A DNA stretch of 64,000 bases, taken from NCBI GenBank assembly GCA_965209095.1, contig OZ242381.1:5198667-5262666 (forward strand), in the 5' to 3' direction. This DNA is from Candidatus Poribacteria bacterium. Its GTDB lineage: Bacteria > Poribacteria > WGA-4E > WGA-3G. A program made the position numbers and the translations under genes. Under the pieces are notes generated by a model, which was not told the origin of the DNA, did no database searches, and saw nothing but the letters and a program-made list of their open reading frames with translations. Below, piece after piece: positions 51,853-64,000 of the stretch (the first letter of the stretch is position 1; every line of letters begins with the position of its first letter).

Positions 51853-52631
51853 ATGTCAGAAATTGATACAGCAAAGTCAGATATAGACGCTATCGCAGAA
51901 GGCATCAGGAGACTCGGACCTGATGTTCGAGGATACGGAAACGTTGACCCAGCATGGTCACGATCTCTGGCCGTTCGCGTAATTGACTGTGTTCTTTCAC
52001 TGAACAGAAATTATGATAACTTTGTTGAGCCTCGGTTAGATACTTTCGTTGAAAAACATCCTGATATATGTAGTGTCAACGCATTAGCAGGTTTCATGGA
52101 GAGTTTTCCAACACCTCACGTGTTCATGCAACAAGAACTCGATTTCAATTATGAAGAACGCGCGAATACTCTTCAGTCAGTTGTGGACTTTGTTTGCAAA
52201 ATCGTTGAGGAAACACCTGATGTTCCAGAAGAAGAGACTCTAAAACAGTGGGCAATTAATGCTAAACCTGAAGAATATCAAATGCTGGACATTAAAGGCT
52301 TTGGGATCGCTGGTTTTCAGTATCTTCGCATGCTATTTGGTGCAGATACCACAAAACCTTGCACATCATCAGGTTTGTGTCTAAGATATTAGACCGAAAT
52401 GTTTCAGCTATTGAGGCACTGCACCTATTGGAAGCATCTTCGGCACACTTAGGTCTGTCTGTCCGAGATGTAGACACATACATTTGGGAAATTAGTGCAA
52501 GAATGCAGCAGAACACCATCAATGCCAACATGGTTCGCCTTGATCCAGATGTCGCTGCTGCATTTCCTAATGATGAAGCCGTTAATGAAGCGTTGAGATC
52601 TTTATTAAAAGAGAAGAATAAGGAGGAATAA
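51853..52631 (+). pseudogene. HhH-like protein with BrnA-like tail, frameshifted near 52360
   Basis: IKGFGIAGFQYLRML...TKP, then HIIRFVS in another frame; tail LDPDVAAAFPNDEAVNEALR. Confidence 0.6.
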
Positions 52632-52633
52632 CC

Positions 52634-52894
52634 ATGTCCAAAACAATTGAAGGTATTTACAGCAATGGTAAAATTGAACTCTCTGAAACACCAGATGACA
52701 TAAGCGAAGGCACACGTGTTATCGTATCTTTCTTGCCACAAGGAGCAATAAATCTAAGTGAACATGGAATTGATAAGGCTCAGGCTGCGGAGTTACGGGC
52801 ACGTTTCGCGTGCTTTACTGAGGACTGGGAAAGTCCTGAAATGAGTGTCTATGACAACTACGATGAAGAAAAAGCCAAGTTACAAGCTCGGTGA
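52634..52894 (+). CDS. DUF104/AF2212-like antitoxin
   Basis: TIEGIYSNGKIEL...EDWESPEMSVYD. Confidence 0.7.
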   Translation: MSKTIEGIYSNGKIELSETPDDISEGTRVIVSFLPQGAINLSEHGIDKAQAAELRARFACFTEDWESPEMSVYDNYDEEKAKLQAR

Positions 52895-52907
52895 TATTAT
52901 TCTGTAG
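52851..52907 (+). pseudogene. Truncated PemK/MazF-like toxin start
   Basis: MTTTMKKKPSYKLGDIIL* overlapping the antitoxin end. Confidence 0.5.
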
Positions 52908-52937
52908 TATTACAGATTATTGGAAAGATGGATTTAA

Positions 52938-54687
<1,750 letters not shown>

Positions 54688-54872
54688 AAATCCAATTCTC
54701 TTGTCTTTGAAGATGCTATTTTAATTTTCGATCAGGACGGACGTATTCTCCTTGATAAGGGGTTAAATAGGCAGAAATTGGGGCATTTAACCCCCTAAAT
54801 CCCTCTTATCAAGGGACTTTTAAACACATTGCGTCTGCCCTGTCTACAATAAAATTAGGGAATCTGGTGATA

Positions 54873-55120
54873 ATGTTTTCTGATGAACTGTCTAACATAA
54901 CCTCACTTAATGACGAATTGCTTCCTGAGTATGACAAAACTTTACTCAAAAACGGTGTCCGTGGGAAATATGCTGAGCAATACGCCGCTGGTACAAACAT
55001 TGTTCGCCTTGATCCAGATGTTGCCGATGCTTTTCCTAATGAAGAGCCGTTAATGAAGCATTGCGATTCGTGTTAAAAGTCATGGATGACGCGAAACATT
55101 TAGCCCGATGGAGAGATTGA
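54873..55120 (+). pseudogene. BrnA-like antitoxin, frameshifted near 55045
   Basis: GVRGKYAEQYAAGTNIVRLDPDVADAFPN; AVNEALR continues in another frame. Confidence 0.7.
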
Positions 55121-55171
55121 TAACAGATTTGATGTATCAATATATTTAATAGGCAAATGGAGCAGAATTAA

Positions 55172-56002
55172 ATGATAATTCAACAATTAAAACCTTTGTC
55201 AAGTATCTATAACCGGGAAGAAGATTTCTCATCAGATCTTGCTGAGAATCTCAAGGAACTTAACGTTGGCAGCTTTGAAGACGCTGAAACGGAAGCCAAC
55301 GTTGGCACACGTAGAGCAGATATTGTCGCTATAGGTGAAGATGGAACACTCGTAGTTGAAAACCAATTCTACAAGGCAGATTGGGATCATTGGGGTAGAC
55401 TTGAGGCTTATGCGCGTTTGAAGGAAGCTGATGTGGCTGTGTTAGTCGCAGAAGATTTTGAGGAATTGATGGTTGTTACTTGCAATTTACGCAATGAAGA
55501 TAGCAACGTCAATTGGTATTTAATCCAAGCACAAGCAAATTCACACAATGAACTTTTCTTTAATCATGTGGCGCGTCCGGCAATAGATATTCAAACTGAA
55601 AAGAAAGGTGATATTGTGTACAGCGAATTTTGGGAACCGATCCGCGAGGGCAAATTTGGTGAACTTTTTTCTGGAAAACCTATACCTGCGAGTGCCGACA
55701 CTTGGATTATGAAAGCTATCAAGAATGTCCGGGTGTGGTTATTTCTTAACAAAAAGGCATGTTATATTCGGTTGGACTTCTTAAAGCTTAATCACGTTGA
55801 ACGCAGAGATAAGATCATGGAACTGTTCCCAAAGGAAGACTATAATAATTGGGAATACCTTGACCCACCTAAAGAGACAAAAGTCATATTTCCGGTCCTT
55901 GACAAAGGCAAAAATGACCGAGATGATTGGGATGAAATCCGAGAGAAATTAGTCAATATGGGAACTGATATCTACAATAAAATCAACGAATCTGGCTTAT
56001 AG
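55172..56002 (+). CDS. PD-(D/E)XK (NucS-like) nuclease plus DUF4268-like domain
   Basis: RADIVA...VVENQF...DWDHWGRLEAYA. Confidence 0.75.
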   Translation: MIIQQLKPLSSIYNREEDFSSDLAENLKELNVGSFEDAETEANVGTRRADIVAIGEDGTLVVENQFYKADWDHWGRLEAYARLKEADVAVLVAEDFEELMVVTCNLRNEDSNVNWYLIQAQANSHNELFFNHVARPAIDIQTEKKGDIVYSEFWEPIREGKFGELFSGKPIPASADTWIMKAIKNVRVWLFLNKKACYIRLDFLKLNHVERRDKIMELFPKEDYNNWEYLDPPKETKVIFPVLDKGKNDRDDWDEIREKLVNMGTDIYNKINESGL

Positions 56003-56020
56003 TAATGAAAGGAACATACA

Positions 56021-57022
56021 ATGGACAAGATATATAACGTTGCTATCATCGGTTGCGGTGGGATTTCACACATGCACGCTGGATGGTATGTGAATGAACC
56101 ACGGGCAAAAATAACTGCTATTGCAGATATTGATGAAGAACGACTTAACGCTTATGGTGAAAGGTATGAAGTAGAAAAACAATACACCGATTACATTGAA
56201 ATGCTGAAAACAGAAGATATTGATCTGGTTTCAGTCTGCACACGTCCGAAACACCATGCACCGCTTGTGATTGAAACTGCAAAACACGGTGTAAAAGGTA
56301 TTCTGTCAGAGAAACCGATGGCGGAGAACCTTGGACAAGGAAAGGCGATGCTTGAGTCATGTGCAGAGAACGGTGTGAAGTTGGCTATTGATCATCAAGT
56401 GCGGTTTAGTACACCCTATCAGCATGCAAGACAGATGATTGCTGACGGTGCTATCGGAGATCTCTTTCGCATTCATGGCATCTGTGGTGGCGGTGATCTG
56501 AAGGACAATGCTACGCATACCGTTGATCTGATGTTGTATCTTCACGGAGACAAACCTGTCAGTTGGGTTATTGGACAGATTGAACGTATCGGTACGCCGA
56601 TCAAATACGATCTGCACTCCGAAGATTTCGCAATTGGCTACTTCAAATTTGAAGATAATGTGCGTGGTATCATAGAATCTGGACATGATACAGCACCCGG
56701 TTACCATCACATTTATTGTTATGGCACAGAAGGCGAGATAGAACTCGCTGCACCTGGTGGACCAGGAATCCGTTACCGCAATCAAGAGACAGGTGGAGCA
56801 TGGACAACACCTGAGCTACCTTCCGGAATTAACCCTGTCCGAGACATGATCATTGCCATTGAAGAAGACCGTGAACATCGCTCAAGTGGTAAATGTGGAT
56901 ATGCTACGCTTGAACTACTTATGGCAATTTATGAGTCATCTCGGAAAAGAAGACGAGTGCAGTTACCTATGGAAGAGATGGAATCACCGTTAACACTGAT
57001 GATTGAAGATGGCTGGGTATAG
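56021..57022 (+). CDS. Gfo/Idh/MocA oxidoreductase
   Basis: IIGCGGI, SEKPMA and DNATH motifs. Confidence 0.93.
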   Translation: MDKIYNVAIIGCGGISHMHAGWYVNEPRAKITAIADIDEERLNAYGERYEVEKQYTDYIEMLKTEDIDLVSVCTRPKHHAPLVIETAKHGVKGILSEKPMAENLGQGKAMLESCAENGVKLAIDHQVRFSTPYQHARQMIADGAIGDLFRIHGICGGGDLKDNATHTVDLMLYLHGDKPVSWVIGQIERIGTPIKYDLHSEDFAIGYFKFEDNVRGIIESGHDTAPGYHHIYCYGTEGEIELAAPGGPGIRYRNQETGGAWTTPELPSGINPVRDMIIAIEEDREHRSSGKCGYATLELLMAIYESSRKRRRVQLPMEEMESPLTLMIEDGWV

Positions 57023-57058
57023 ACTTGGTATAGGCAATTTGGAACAGTATGCGGTTAG

Positions 57059-57152
57059 ATGAAGATTAAATAAATATTTCGGTAATCCAACCCATAAAAA
57101 TGATCGTAGGGGCGGGGTTTCCCCGCCCGAATATTACCGAATTAATAAATTA
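57059..57152. repeat. 94-bp REP-containing element (inverted relative to 47871-47964)
   Basis: GTAGGGGCGGGGTTTCCCCGCCCG core. Confidence 0.85.
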
Positions 57153-57198
57153 ATCTTTATAAAACCGCACCTACCGCAGTTGTATAGGGAGAAGATAG

Positions 57199-57816
57199 AT
57201 GGACTTTGAGCTTCACATGTTTTCGATTATGTTCACGATTATATTTGGGATAATGGCAGCATTTTTCTTGGTTATAGGGCTTCGCGGCATTCTGACAAGA
57301 AAACCGTTTTTGCTATCAAATAGATGGTTGCTATTAATCATGTTTATTTCCTTTGTTCCTATCATAATAATGCCATTCTTTTTTTCGTTCCCTGACATGG
57401 ATTTGATGGATTGGTTAAATCCTGCCATATTTACAGTTGTTCTTGTCATGATGTGTTTCGCACTGAAAGGATATGCTGCTTATGGCATAACCGACACGTC
57501 GTTCCGTGAAGCACTCCTCGCTGCTCTTGAAAAACTACAGTTGCCTTATGAGGAATCCCTATCTACAATGCGATTGACATCTATTAATGCAGACTTGCAA
57601 GTTTCTATTCAGTCTTGGTTAGGTGCTGGCATGATTAAGATCAAACAACGTGAACACCGTTCGCTGCTTCCAGAAATAGCCTCTGAGATGAATAAACATT
57701 TCAGTCTTTCGTCCGGTCCGATCAAACTTATCACCTTTATCTTTTATGTGATTATGGGGGTGTTAATGGCTATTGGTGGAATCGGATTCCCAATTTTACT
57801 CTCAAATTCAGGGTGA
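57199..57816 (+). CDS. Hypothetical membrane protein
   Basis: Four hydrophobic segments; GGGAG RBS. Confidence 0.7.
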   Translation: MDFELHMFSIMFTIIFGIMAAFFLVIGLRGILTRKPFLLSNRWLLLIMFISFVPIIIMPFFFSFPDMDLMDWLNPAIFTVVLVMMCFALKGYAAYGITDTSFREALLAALEKLQLPYEESLSTMRLTSINADLQVSIQSWLGAGMIKIKQREHRSLLPEIASEMNKHFSLSSGPIKLITFIFYVIMGVLMAIGGIGFPILLSNSG

Positions 57817-57862
57817 TAAGATATATTAGAAGGTTACAAGTCGGGTATATTGCAAAATTCAG

Positions 57863-59809
57863 ATGATTCTTGAAAACACATTCATAAATAGTAAAAATAT
57901 ACATATAAAGATAATACTCTGCTGTATTCTGATTGCATCCTTTACATTAGTATTACGGAACCTTGGACATAGCAAGATTCACTATTGGGATGAAGGTTAT
58001 CATGCAATAGTCGCACGGAATTTGACAAAACATCCGTTAAAATTTACACTTTACGATCAACCGTGGCTCAAATATGATTACAAAAGTTGGGGGAACAACC
58101 ACATTTGGCTACATAAACCGCCAGTGGCTATGTGGCAAATCTGTTTATCACACTTTGTTTTTGGGATAAACGCTTTTGCACTACGTTTACCGTCTGCTAT
58201 CAGTCTTGTGTTGTCAGCATGGTTGACATTTAGGATCGCTTCCGATCTTTTTGATAAACGTGCGGGACTTATTGCAGCGTTCCTTCAGGCGTTTAATCCG
58301 TTTCTCTTTGCTTCAGTTCACGGTTATCGTTATTCGGATCACATAGATATTGCGTTGCTACTCTGGGTGCAAGTTTCATGCTGGTTTTTGCTTCGTGGAA
58401 TACGATCAGGAAAAAGGAGGAACTACATCTTATCGGGTGTGGCAATGGGAATCGCGTATCTTTCAAAGAGTTATCTGGCACTGATTACTTTCGGACTTGC
58501 TGTTGTCGTTTGGTCTGTTGCGTTTTCTAAACGGATAATACGCAAATACAGAGCGAAAAGAGTTCAAACTGCACCGTCAGAGGTGCAAGAAGAAACGGAT
58601 GATACCGTCCCAGATGAAGAAAATGTGAAAATCCGACTCAGTGATGTTGTTGTCCAACTCCTTGCTGGGATTGCGACAGTCGCACCTTGGACAATTTTTT
58701 GCTTAGTTAAATATCCGAAAGAGTTTATATGGGAACATAAACGTGTTCTTGACCATCTCAATACAAATGTTGAAGGATGGGGAGCATCATGGGATCGACC
58801 ATTGTTTGAATATATGCCACTGTTCTATCCGTTTATCTATGCTGCAATATTCGCAGTTGTGTTGTGCTTGCTTGTGGTGATGTTCAGACATTGGCGACTG
58901 CCGGAACTATTTGTATTGGCGTGGGGCATCGGAGTGATTTTGCCTCACACACTTGCAGAAACGAAAACGCCATCAGCAACAATGATTTCCGTGCCAGCGT
59001 TGGTAATGTGTTTGGCTGCGGTTATCAGTCGGGCGTATCAACCACGATATGCTGAACATCCTGCAAACGAGTTGTTTACACCACAGGGTAATGGGATATT
59101 AGAGAAACAAGATTGGCTTTATACATCAATTTGGGGAGCATCAATGATGTCTATTGCAGTCATATCCATTGGGAGGACGCTTGTTCATAGTGAGCAATGG
59201 TTATCTGTATCGGTAAGTGGTAAAGGAATAGGGTTATTTCAGTTTGATAGCATAAAAGGTTTTGCCCCTTTCATAAATAAACATTTCGTCATTGTTGAGC
59301 AACTTATTGTATTTGTTTTCCTGTTTGCTATCTTTTACGGTATCTATCGCTTATTACGTCAGAAAGAATTATTGAGATGGATATGGATGGGAGTACGCGT
59401 TGTTGCCCTTATGCTTGCGTTGTTTTATGCGGGGCGTTATGTCTATGCATCTTACATGGTTACTGAACGTAATGAACAAATTCCATTATACGTCCAAAGT
59501 GGTGAACGTATTCAACAGGAGATGCCCGAGAATGTCTGTTTTTTCCTTGATGAACAACGATCAGGGGCACATTTTGATCTGATGTATTATGCTGACAGAT
59601 CAACTTATCCACTGAAAATCACAAACGATGCTGAACAAGAAATTCTTGAGACGAAAGCAAAGGAAGCACGGCAAGCAGGAGCTATTCCCTATCTATTCTC
59701 TGTCACAGATAGAGAGTATGGTTATCCGTTGTATATTGAAGAGGAAATAGATGTTGGTAATGGAAATAAAAAGAGGTATCGGATATTTGAAATCACAGAA
59801 ACGCAATAA
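57863..59809 (+). CDS. ArnT/PMT-like GT-C glycosyltransferase
   Basis: WDEGYH, HKPPV, ALRLPSA and LSK motifs; multi-TM. Confidence 0.85.
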   Translation: MILENTFINSKNIHIKIILCCILIASFTLVLRNLGHSKIHYWDEGYHAIVARNLTKHPLKFTLYDQPWLKYDYKSWGNNHIWLHKPPVAMWQICLSHFVFGINAFALRLPSAISLVLSAWLTFRIASDLFDKRAGLIAAFLQAFNPFLFASVHGYRYSDHIDIALLLWVQVSCWFLLRGIRSGKRRNYILSGVAMGIAYLSKSYLALITFGLAVVVWSVAFSKRIIRKYRAKRVQTAPSEVQEETDDTVPDEENVKIRLSDVVVQLLAGIATVAPWTIFCLVKYPKEFIWEHKRVLDHLNTNVEGWGASWDRPLFEYMPLFYPFIYAAIFAVVLCLLVVMFRHWRLPELFVLAWGIGVILPHTLAETKTPSATMISVPALVMCLAAVISRAYQPRYAEHPANELFTPQGNGILEKQDWLYTSIWGASMMSIAVISIGRTLVHSEQWLSVSVSGKGIGLFQFDSIKGFAPFINKHFVIVEQLIVFVFLFAIFYGIYRLLRQKELLRWIWMGVRVVALMLALFYAGRYVYASYMVTERNEQIPLYVQSGERIQQEMPENVCFFLDEQRSGAHFDLMYYADRSTYPLKITNDAEQEILETKAKEARQAGAIPYLFSVTDREYGYPLYIEEEIDVGNGNKKRYRIFEITETQ

Positions 59810-59959
59810 CATAATTGCTGAAACTTGGTGCCTATTATGATATACTACATGGATGAGAATTACATCACCAGACACATAGAATAGGGATTACACTTTTTTA
59901 GAAACTTCAGTTTCCACAGGCGTAGTATCAATCAATCCAAGTATCAGTTCGGTGCACTC

Positions 59960-60329
59960 GGTCTGCTATGTCAGACAGCAATAGGGTGGACACTTTTCCC
60001 GTCTGGGTGAAACTGATATGTCCACAAAAAATACGCTATAAGAGTAATGCGGTGTCCACCGGGTAGACCGAAAAAATACGGAGACTGTCTTTGTGATGCA
60101 CACACGCCTAAAACCATCAAAATCTTATCAATGCTTCTTTGTTTTCACAACAGATATGACACTTGAAGTGCCACAGATTGTCCGATACTATCGCAACAGA
60201 TGGCAGATTGAAACAGTTTTCCGAGATGTCAAACAAAACTTCGGGTTTAAGAATACTTTTCAGCAAGAGAAAGACACGCCTTGTGAAAAGGCACTTGAAT
60301 ATAACAATATTGTCCAAACTTTAGTATAA
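59960..60329 (+). pseudogene. IS4/IS701-like transposase remnant
   Basis: GRPKKYG and YYRNRWQIETVFRDVKQNFG fragments. Confidence 0.7.
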
Positions 60330-60340
60330 ATTAGAATCTG

Positions 60341-60934
60341 ATGAAAATCGCAATCATGGGGGGTACATTCAATCCTATCCATCACGGACATTTACTATGT
60401 GCTGAGCAGGTGCGCGATGGGTTAGGATATGATAAAATACTGTTTGTACCATCAGCACGACCACCTCACAAATCTCAACCCGACATGGTATCTGCTGAAC
60501 ATCGCTATCAAATGGTCTTGTTAGCAACAACAAACAATCAGAATTTTGAAGTATCTCGTATCGAATTGGATCGTGAGGGTCCCTCATATACAATTCAGAC
60601 TATAAGAACACTACGTAACAATTATGGCACTTCAACCGATCTTGCATGGATTATCGGAGCAGATTCATTAATTGAATACAAAATTTGGAAAGATTTTGAT
60701 GGTGTACTCGAACAGTGCACAATGATAGCAACTACACGTCCCAATTATGACTTGCAACTGGTTCCTTCAGAAATTCGTAACAGAGTTATAATCTATAGGA
60801 TTACAGGCATTGACATATCGGCAACTGAAATTCGTAAACGTATACAAAAAAATCTTTCTATTCAATATCTTGTTCCAGATTCTGTTGCTGAATATATCTA
60901 CGAGCATAAGTTATACAGTGGTGAAAAAAGTTAG
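60341..60934 (+). CDS. nadD: Nicotinate-nucleotide adenylyltransferase
   Basis: GGTFNPIHHGH and ISATEIR motifs. Confidence 0.96.
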   Translation: MKIAIMGGTFNPIHHGHLLCAEQVRDGLGYDKILFVPSARPPHKSQPDMVSAEHRYQMVLLATTNNQNFEVSRIELDREGPSYTIQTIRTLRNNYGTSTDLAWIIGADSLIEYKIWKDFDGVLEQCTMIATTRPNYDLQLVPSEIRNRVIIYRITGIDISATEIRKRIQKNLSIQYLVPDSVAEYIYEHKLYSGEKS

Positions 60935-61011
60935 ATTATATTGATTATTGGTTTTTGATCATCAGGTGAATAAACTTCACTCAAATTAGTATGATTAGGA
61001 GTAATTACGAT

Positions 61012-61263
61012 ATGAAATGTTGCATCTGTGGAATTGACTATGAATTTGACTATAAAAAAGAAGAACCGTTACCCCCACATTTTCCATTTTGTAGTAAAAG
61101 GTGTAAAGCAATAGATTTGGGAAAATGGCTTAACGACGAATATCACATTAGTACCCCTATCACTGAAACAGACAATTTGATGGATATTGAACCTGGAACT
61201 TTTGATGAAAATGAAGAAGATCTTCTTGCAAAAACGCTTGACAAAGATACAATTAGAGTATGA
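61012..61263 (+). CDS. yacG: DNA gyrase inhibitor YacG-like zinc finger
   Basis: CCIC...FPFCSKRCKAIDLGKW. Confidence 0.85.
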   Translation: MKCCICGIDYEFDYKKEEPLPPHFPFCSKRCKAIDLGKWLNDEYHISTPITETDNLMDIEPGTFDENEEDLLAKTLDKDTIRV

Positions 61264-61354
61264 TTGATATATCCTCATATTCTTCCTGACTGTTGTGTGT
61301 TCTAATCCGTGCAGATAAGAATTAGTTTGTTCGTTATGTTTATTGCTAATTAAT

Positions 61355-62017
61355 ATGTTTACAAGTAAAACACTTTCAGTAAACGAAATATTAGACACAT
61401 CGTTTCCTGGATCAGATGACTTAAGGAATCATCCGAAGTCAGTTGAAATATTGCATTATCTCTCAAACAAACTTGATTCTGAACGTCTTGACCACGTAAT
61501 TTCTGTTCAGGAGACTGCAGTTGCATTAGCACGATATCATAATGCTGATGTTTGGAAAGTTAATCTGGCCGCGCTTCTACATGACGTTGCAAAATGGATG
61601 AGTAACGAACAGTTGTACACGACTGTATCGCGATTTGAAATAGAACTTGACCCAATAGAAAAGATCATGCCTGCGCTATTGCATGCGATTGTAGGCGTAA
61701 AAAATGCAATTGAATTGTTCAAGGTAACCGATTTAGATATACTTGAAGCAATTCGATGTCACACAACAGGGAACGCTTCAATGGGCTTAACTGCAAAATT
61801 GATTTATGTTGCTGATTTTGCAGAACCGAATCGTGAATATAAAGAAGCCGAACAGGTCAGACAATTGGCTGAGGTAGATTTAATTCGAGCTACTCATTTG
61901 GTAGCACGATATAAGATCGATTTTTTACTACAAAATGGTGGGATAATTCATCCAAATACAATACATACCTACAATAGTACTTTTCCTAATATAGATAAGT
62001 ATGAACAGAAAAGATAG
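61355..62017 (+). CDS. yqeK: YqeK HD-domain Ap4A hydrolase
   Basis: ALLHDVAK, AIRCHTTG and YVADFAEPNR motifs; nadD context. Confidence 0.88.
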   Translation: MFTSKTLSVNEILDTSFPGSDDLRNHPKSVEILHYLSNKLDSERLDHVISVQETAVALARYHNADVWKVNLAALLHDVAKWMSNEQLYTTVSRFEIELDPIEKIMPALLHAIVGVKNAIELFKVTDLDILEAIRCHTTGNASMGLTAKLIYVADFAEPNREYKEAEQVRQLAEVDLIRATHLVARYKIDFLLQNGGIIHPNTIHTYNSTFPNIDKYEQKR

Positions 62018-62140
62018 GGGCAATCAACATATAAGATAATTGTCAAATAATTTACGTTGGAACTTATCACACCTACCGAGAATTGATAGAACTTATGACT
62101 GGCAAATCTAATGAATCCGTATTTTTAGGAGATTTATATT

Positions 62141-62590
62141 ATGGCAACAAATAATACAATAGAAATAGTAAAAGCTGCTGCATCTGCTGCAATAGGTCGC
62201 CGTGCTCAGAATCCTGTAATTCTTGATCTCCGTGAGCTGGATTGTTTTACAGATTATTTTGCAATTTTCAGTGGTATTTCTGATGTACAAGTTGAAGGCA
62301 TTACAGAAGCCATCTTAGATGAACTTGAAGAGAATTGGAATCAACAACCTTGGCATCGTGAAGGTGCTAAGAAAGCTGATTGGATCTTATTGGATTATGT
62401 AGACTTTGTTGTCCATGTTTTTTTAGATGAGAGACGTTCTTATTATAGTTTAGAACGTTTATGGGCAGAGGCACCACATGTTGAATTACCTGAGATGAAA
62501 GAGGTTCCAAATTTAGAGACAAATGAAGTGTTTGATGAGGATGAGATGGTATTGGGTCTTATTACGGCAAATGGTGAAGGACAATCTTGA
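62141..62590 (+). CDS. rsfS: Ribosome silencing factor
   Basis: WILLDYVDFVVHVF...YYSLERLW. Confidence 0.93.
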   Translation: MATNNTIEIVKAAASAAIGRRAQNPVILDLRELDCFTDYFAIFSGISDVQVEGITEAILDELEENWNQQPWHREGAKKADWILLDYVDFVVHVFLDERRSYYSLERLWAEAPHVELPEMKEVPNLETNEVFDEDEMVLGLITANGEGQS

Positions 62591-62633
62591 AGAAATCAGA
62601 ATGGTTGCTTGATTAATTTATCTATCTATCCTA

Positions 62634-63377
62634 TTAATCAACATTACTGAGGAGTACTGTAACGTTATCTGTCCCCCCATAAGCAAGTGCTCTACTAATT
62701 AAGTTTTCACTTGCGGCCTTAAGTGTAGGGGCGGAAGATATTATGTTACGAGTTTCTGTATCGTCAGTAATAAGATCATGTAATCCATCAGTGCAAGCAA
62801 GGATAATATCACCAGGGGCAAGTGGATAGATATCAGATGCAAGTGATATTTCAGCTGTTAATCCGATAGCTTGAGTAATAATATTCCTTTTGGCATGGAC
62901 ACGCCCTTCTTCTGGAGTGATTTCACCCTTTTCGACCATCTTCTGCACTAATGAATCGTCGGTAGTAATTTGTGTTAGAATATCGTTGTGCAGAACATAT
63001 AAGCGACTATCACCTACATGAACATAAGCCAAGTAAGTTGGAGTAACAAAACCAGCAGTAAGGGTTGTCCCCATCCTTTGGTATTGTAAAGACTCCTGCC
63101 CCATATTATAAACACGCTGATTTGCATCATTTGCGAGTCTTTCTAATATTGTCAGGCGGTTGAGGAGTGCTAAATCACTCGCGGGGTTAGGAGTTTCCGA
63201 TATCCACTCTTCAAAAACTTGAAGGGCAATTCTACTCGCAATGTCACCACGAGCATGACCACTCATGCCGTCTGCTATGGCAAATAAACGATTTGTTTCG
63301 TCAAAATAGTATGAATCTTCGTTTCTCTCTCTGAGAGAACCAATATCTGTTTTTGCTATGAAGTTCATTATAATCAT
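62634..63377 (-). CDS. PP2C-family Ser/Thr phosphatase
   Basis: RNED, ADGMSGH, HVGDSR, CTDGL and GGTDN motifs. Confidence 0.93.
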   Translation of the reverse strand: MIIMNFIAKTDIGSLRERNEDSYYFDETNRLFAIADGMSGHARGDIASRIALQVFEEWISETPNPASDLALLNRLTILERLANDANQRVYNMGQESLQYQRMGTTLTAGFVTPTYLAYVHVGDSRLYVLHNDILTQITTDDSLVQKMVEKGEITPEEGRVHAKRNIITQAIGLTAEISLASDIYPLAPGDIILACTDGLHDLITDDTETRNIISSAPTLKAASENLISRALAYGGTDNVTVLLSNVD

Positions 63378-63787
63378 GCCCTTCCCACGATATTAACACA
63401 TATAACGAATTATATGATATTTTGTTTCAAAAAGTAACAATTGGTGACCTTAATATGGCAATTAACTCTGAATTCAGTAATAACGTGAGTTTGAAAAAGT
63501 TTCATCCGCAGCATTCTCTGTTATTTTTGGCAAAAACGGCACAACCTAACAGGTTATGCTACAAAAACACTGCTTTTTTTAGGTTTGAAAAGTGTTTAGA
63601 GCAAACTCACATTTTATTATCAAACTTACGTTAATAGTATGCATAGAATATTTTCCAAGCCATATCACCATTTTTTTTTTTTGTAGGGATAATACACTAA
63701 TAATCCTTGGGGCAATATGGTAATACCATCTGGTACTGGAGATAGAATCAGATAAACACTAATCATAATAGAAGAAGGAACAATTGA

Positions 63788-64000
63788 ATGCCTGAATCTA
63801 CATCTACTCAAGAATTACATATACAGTCTCTTGTGATTGATGCTCACAACGATTCAATCGTCGCGCATATTCGGCGTGGAAACATCAGTTTTACAGATGA
63901 ACACACGAAAAACCGTAATCAACATAAGGGGACGATTGCTTATCTTCGGGGACCTGTTCCTCCTGAAGAAGATGCTATAGGGATCCAACTCAATATACCG
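63788..64000 (+). CDS. Probable membrane dipeptidase (M19) N-terminus, cut by window edge
   Basis: LHIQSLVIDAHND motif. Confidence 0.55.
   Translation, partial: MPESTSTQELHIQSLVIDAHNDSIVAHIRRGNISFTDEHTKNRNQHKGTIAYLRGPVPPEEDAIGIQLNIP

Overview
A 64 kb bacterial chromosomal segment, probably Ca. Poribacteria or a relative. This is inferred from the LamG protein tail 'SVEPQDKLTTSWARIK', an 'LLQNYPNPFNPETWIPY' tail, an ECF sigma-propeller fusion, and sulfatase, PhyH and Uma2 genes. Housekeeping blocks are E1-beta-hflKC, aroC-mgtE, tkt, phoH-ybeY-CBS-tRNAPro-recO and nadD-yacG-yqeK-rsfS. They are interleaved with accessory genes and many REPs/MITEs. Main observations: (1) two ORFs join through an in-frame UGA with a SECIS-like hairpin into a 358-aa secreted selenoprotein (WGSW-U-GC). 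(2) A 1.1 kb Rpn nuclease cassette sits in the 3' end of a cytochrome c gene between perfect 39-bp direct repeats; removing it restores a coupled cytochrome c-selenoprotein operon. (3) A candidate polyphosphate/Mg cluster: mgtE, split CHAD, ROK kinase and a tandem VTC/CYTH protein. (4) A domain-shuffled toxin-antitoxin/nuclease island with three BrnA-like segments. (5) A promoter-carrying MITE present twice, one copy with nested insertions. All family calls come from motif reading, not database searches.
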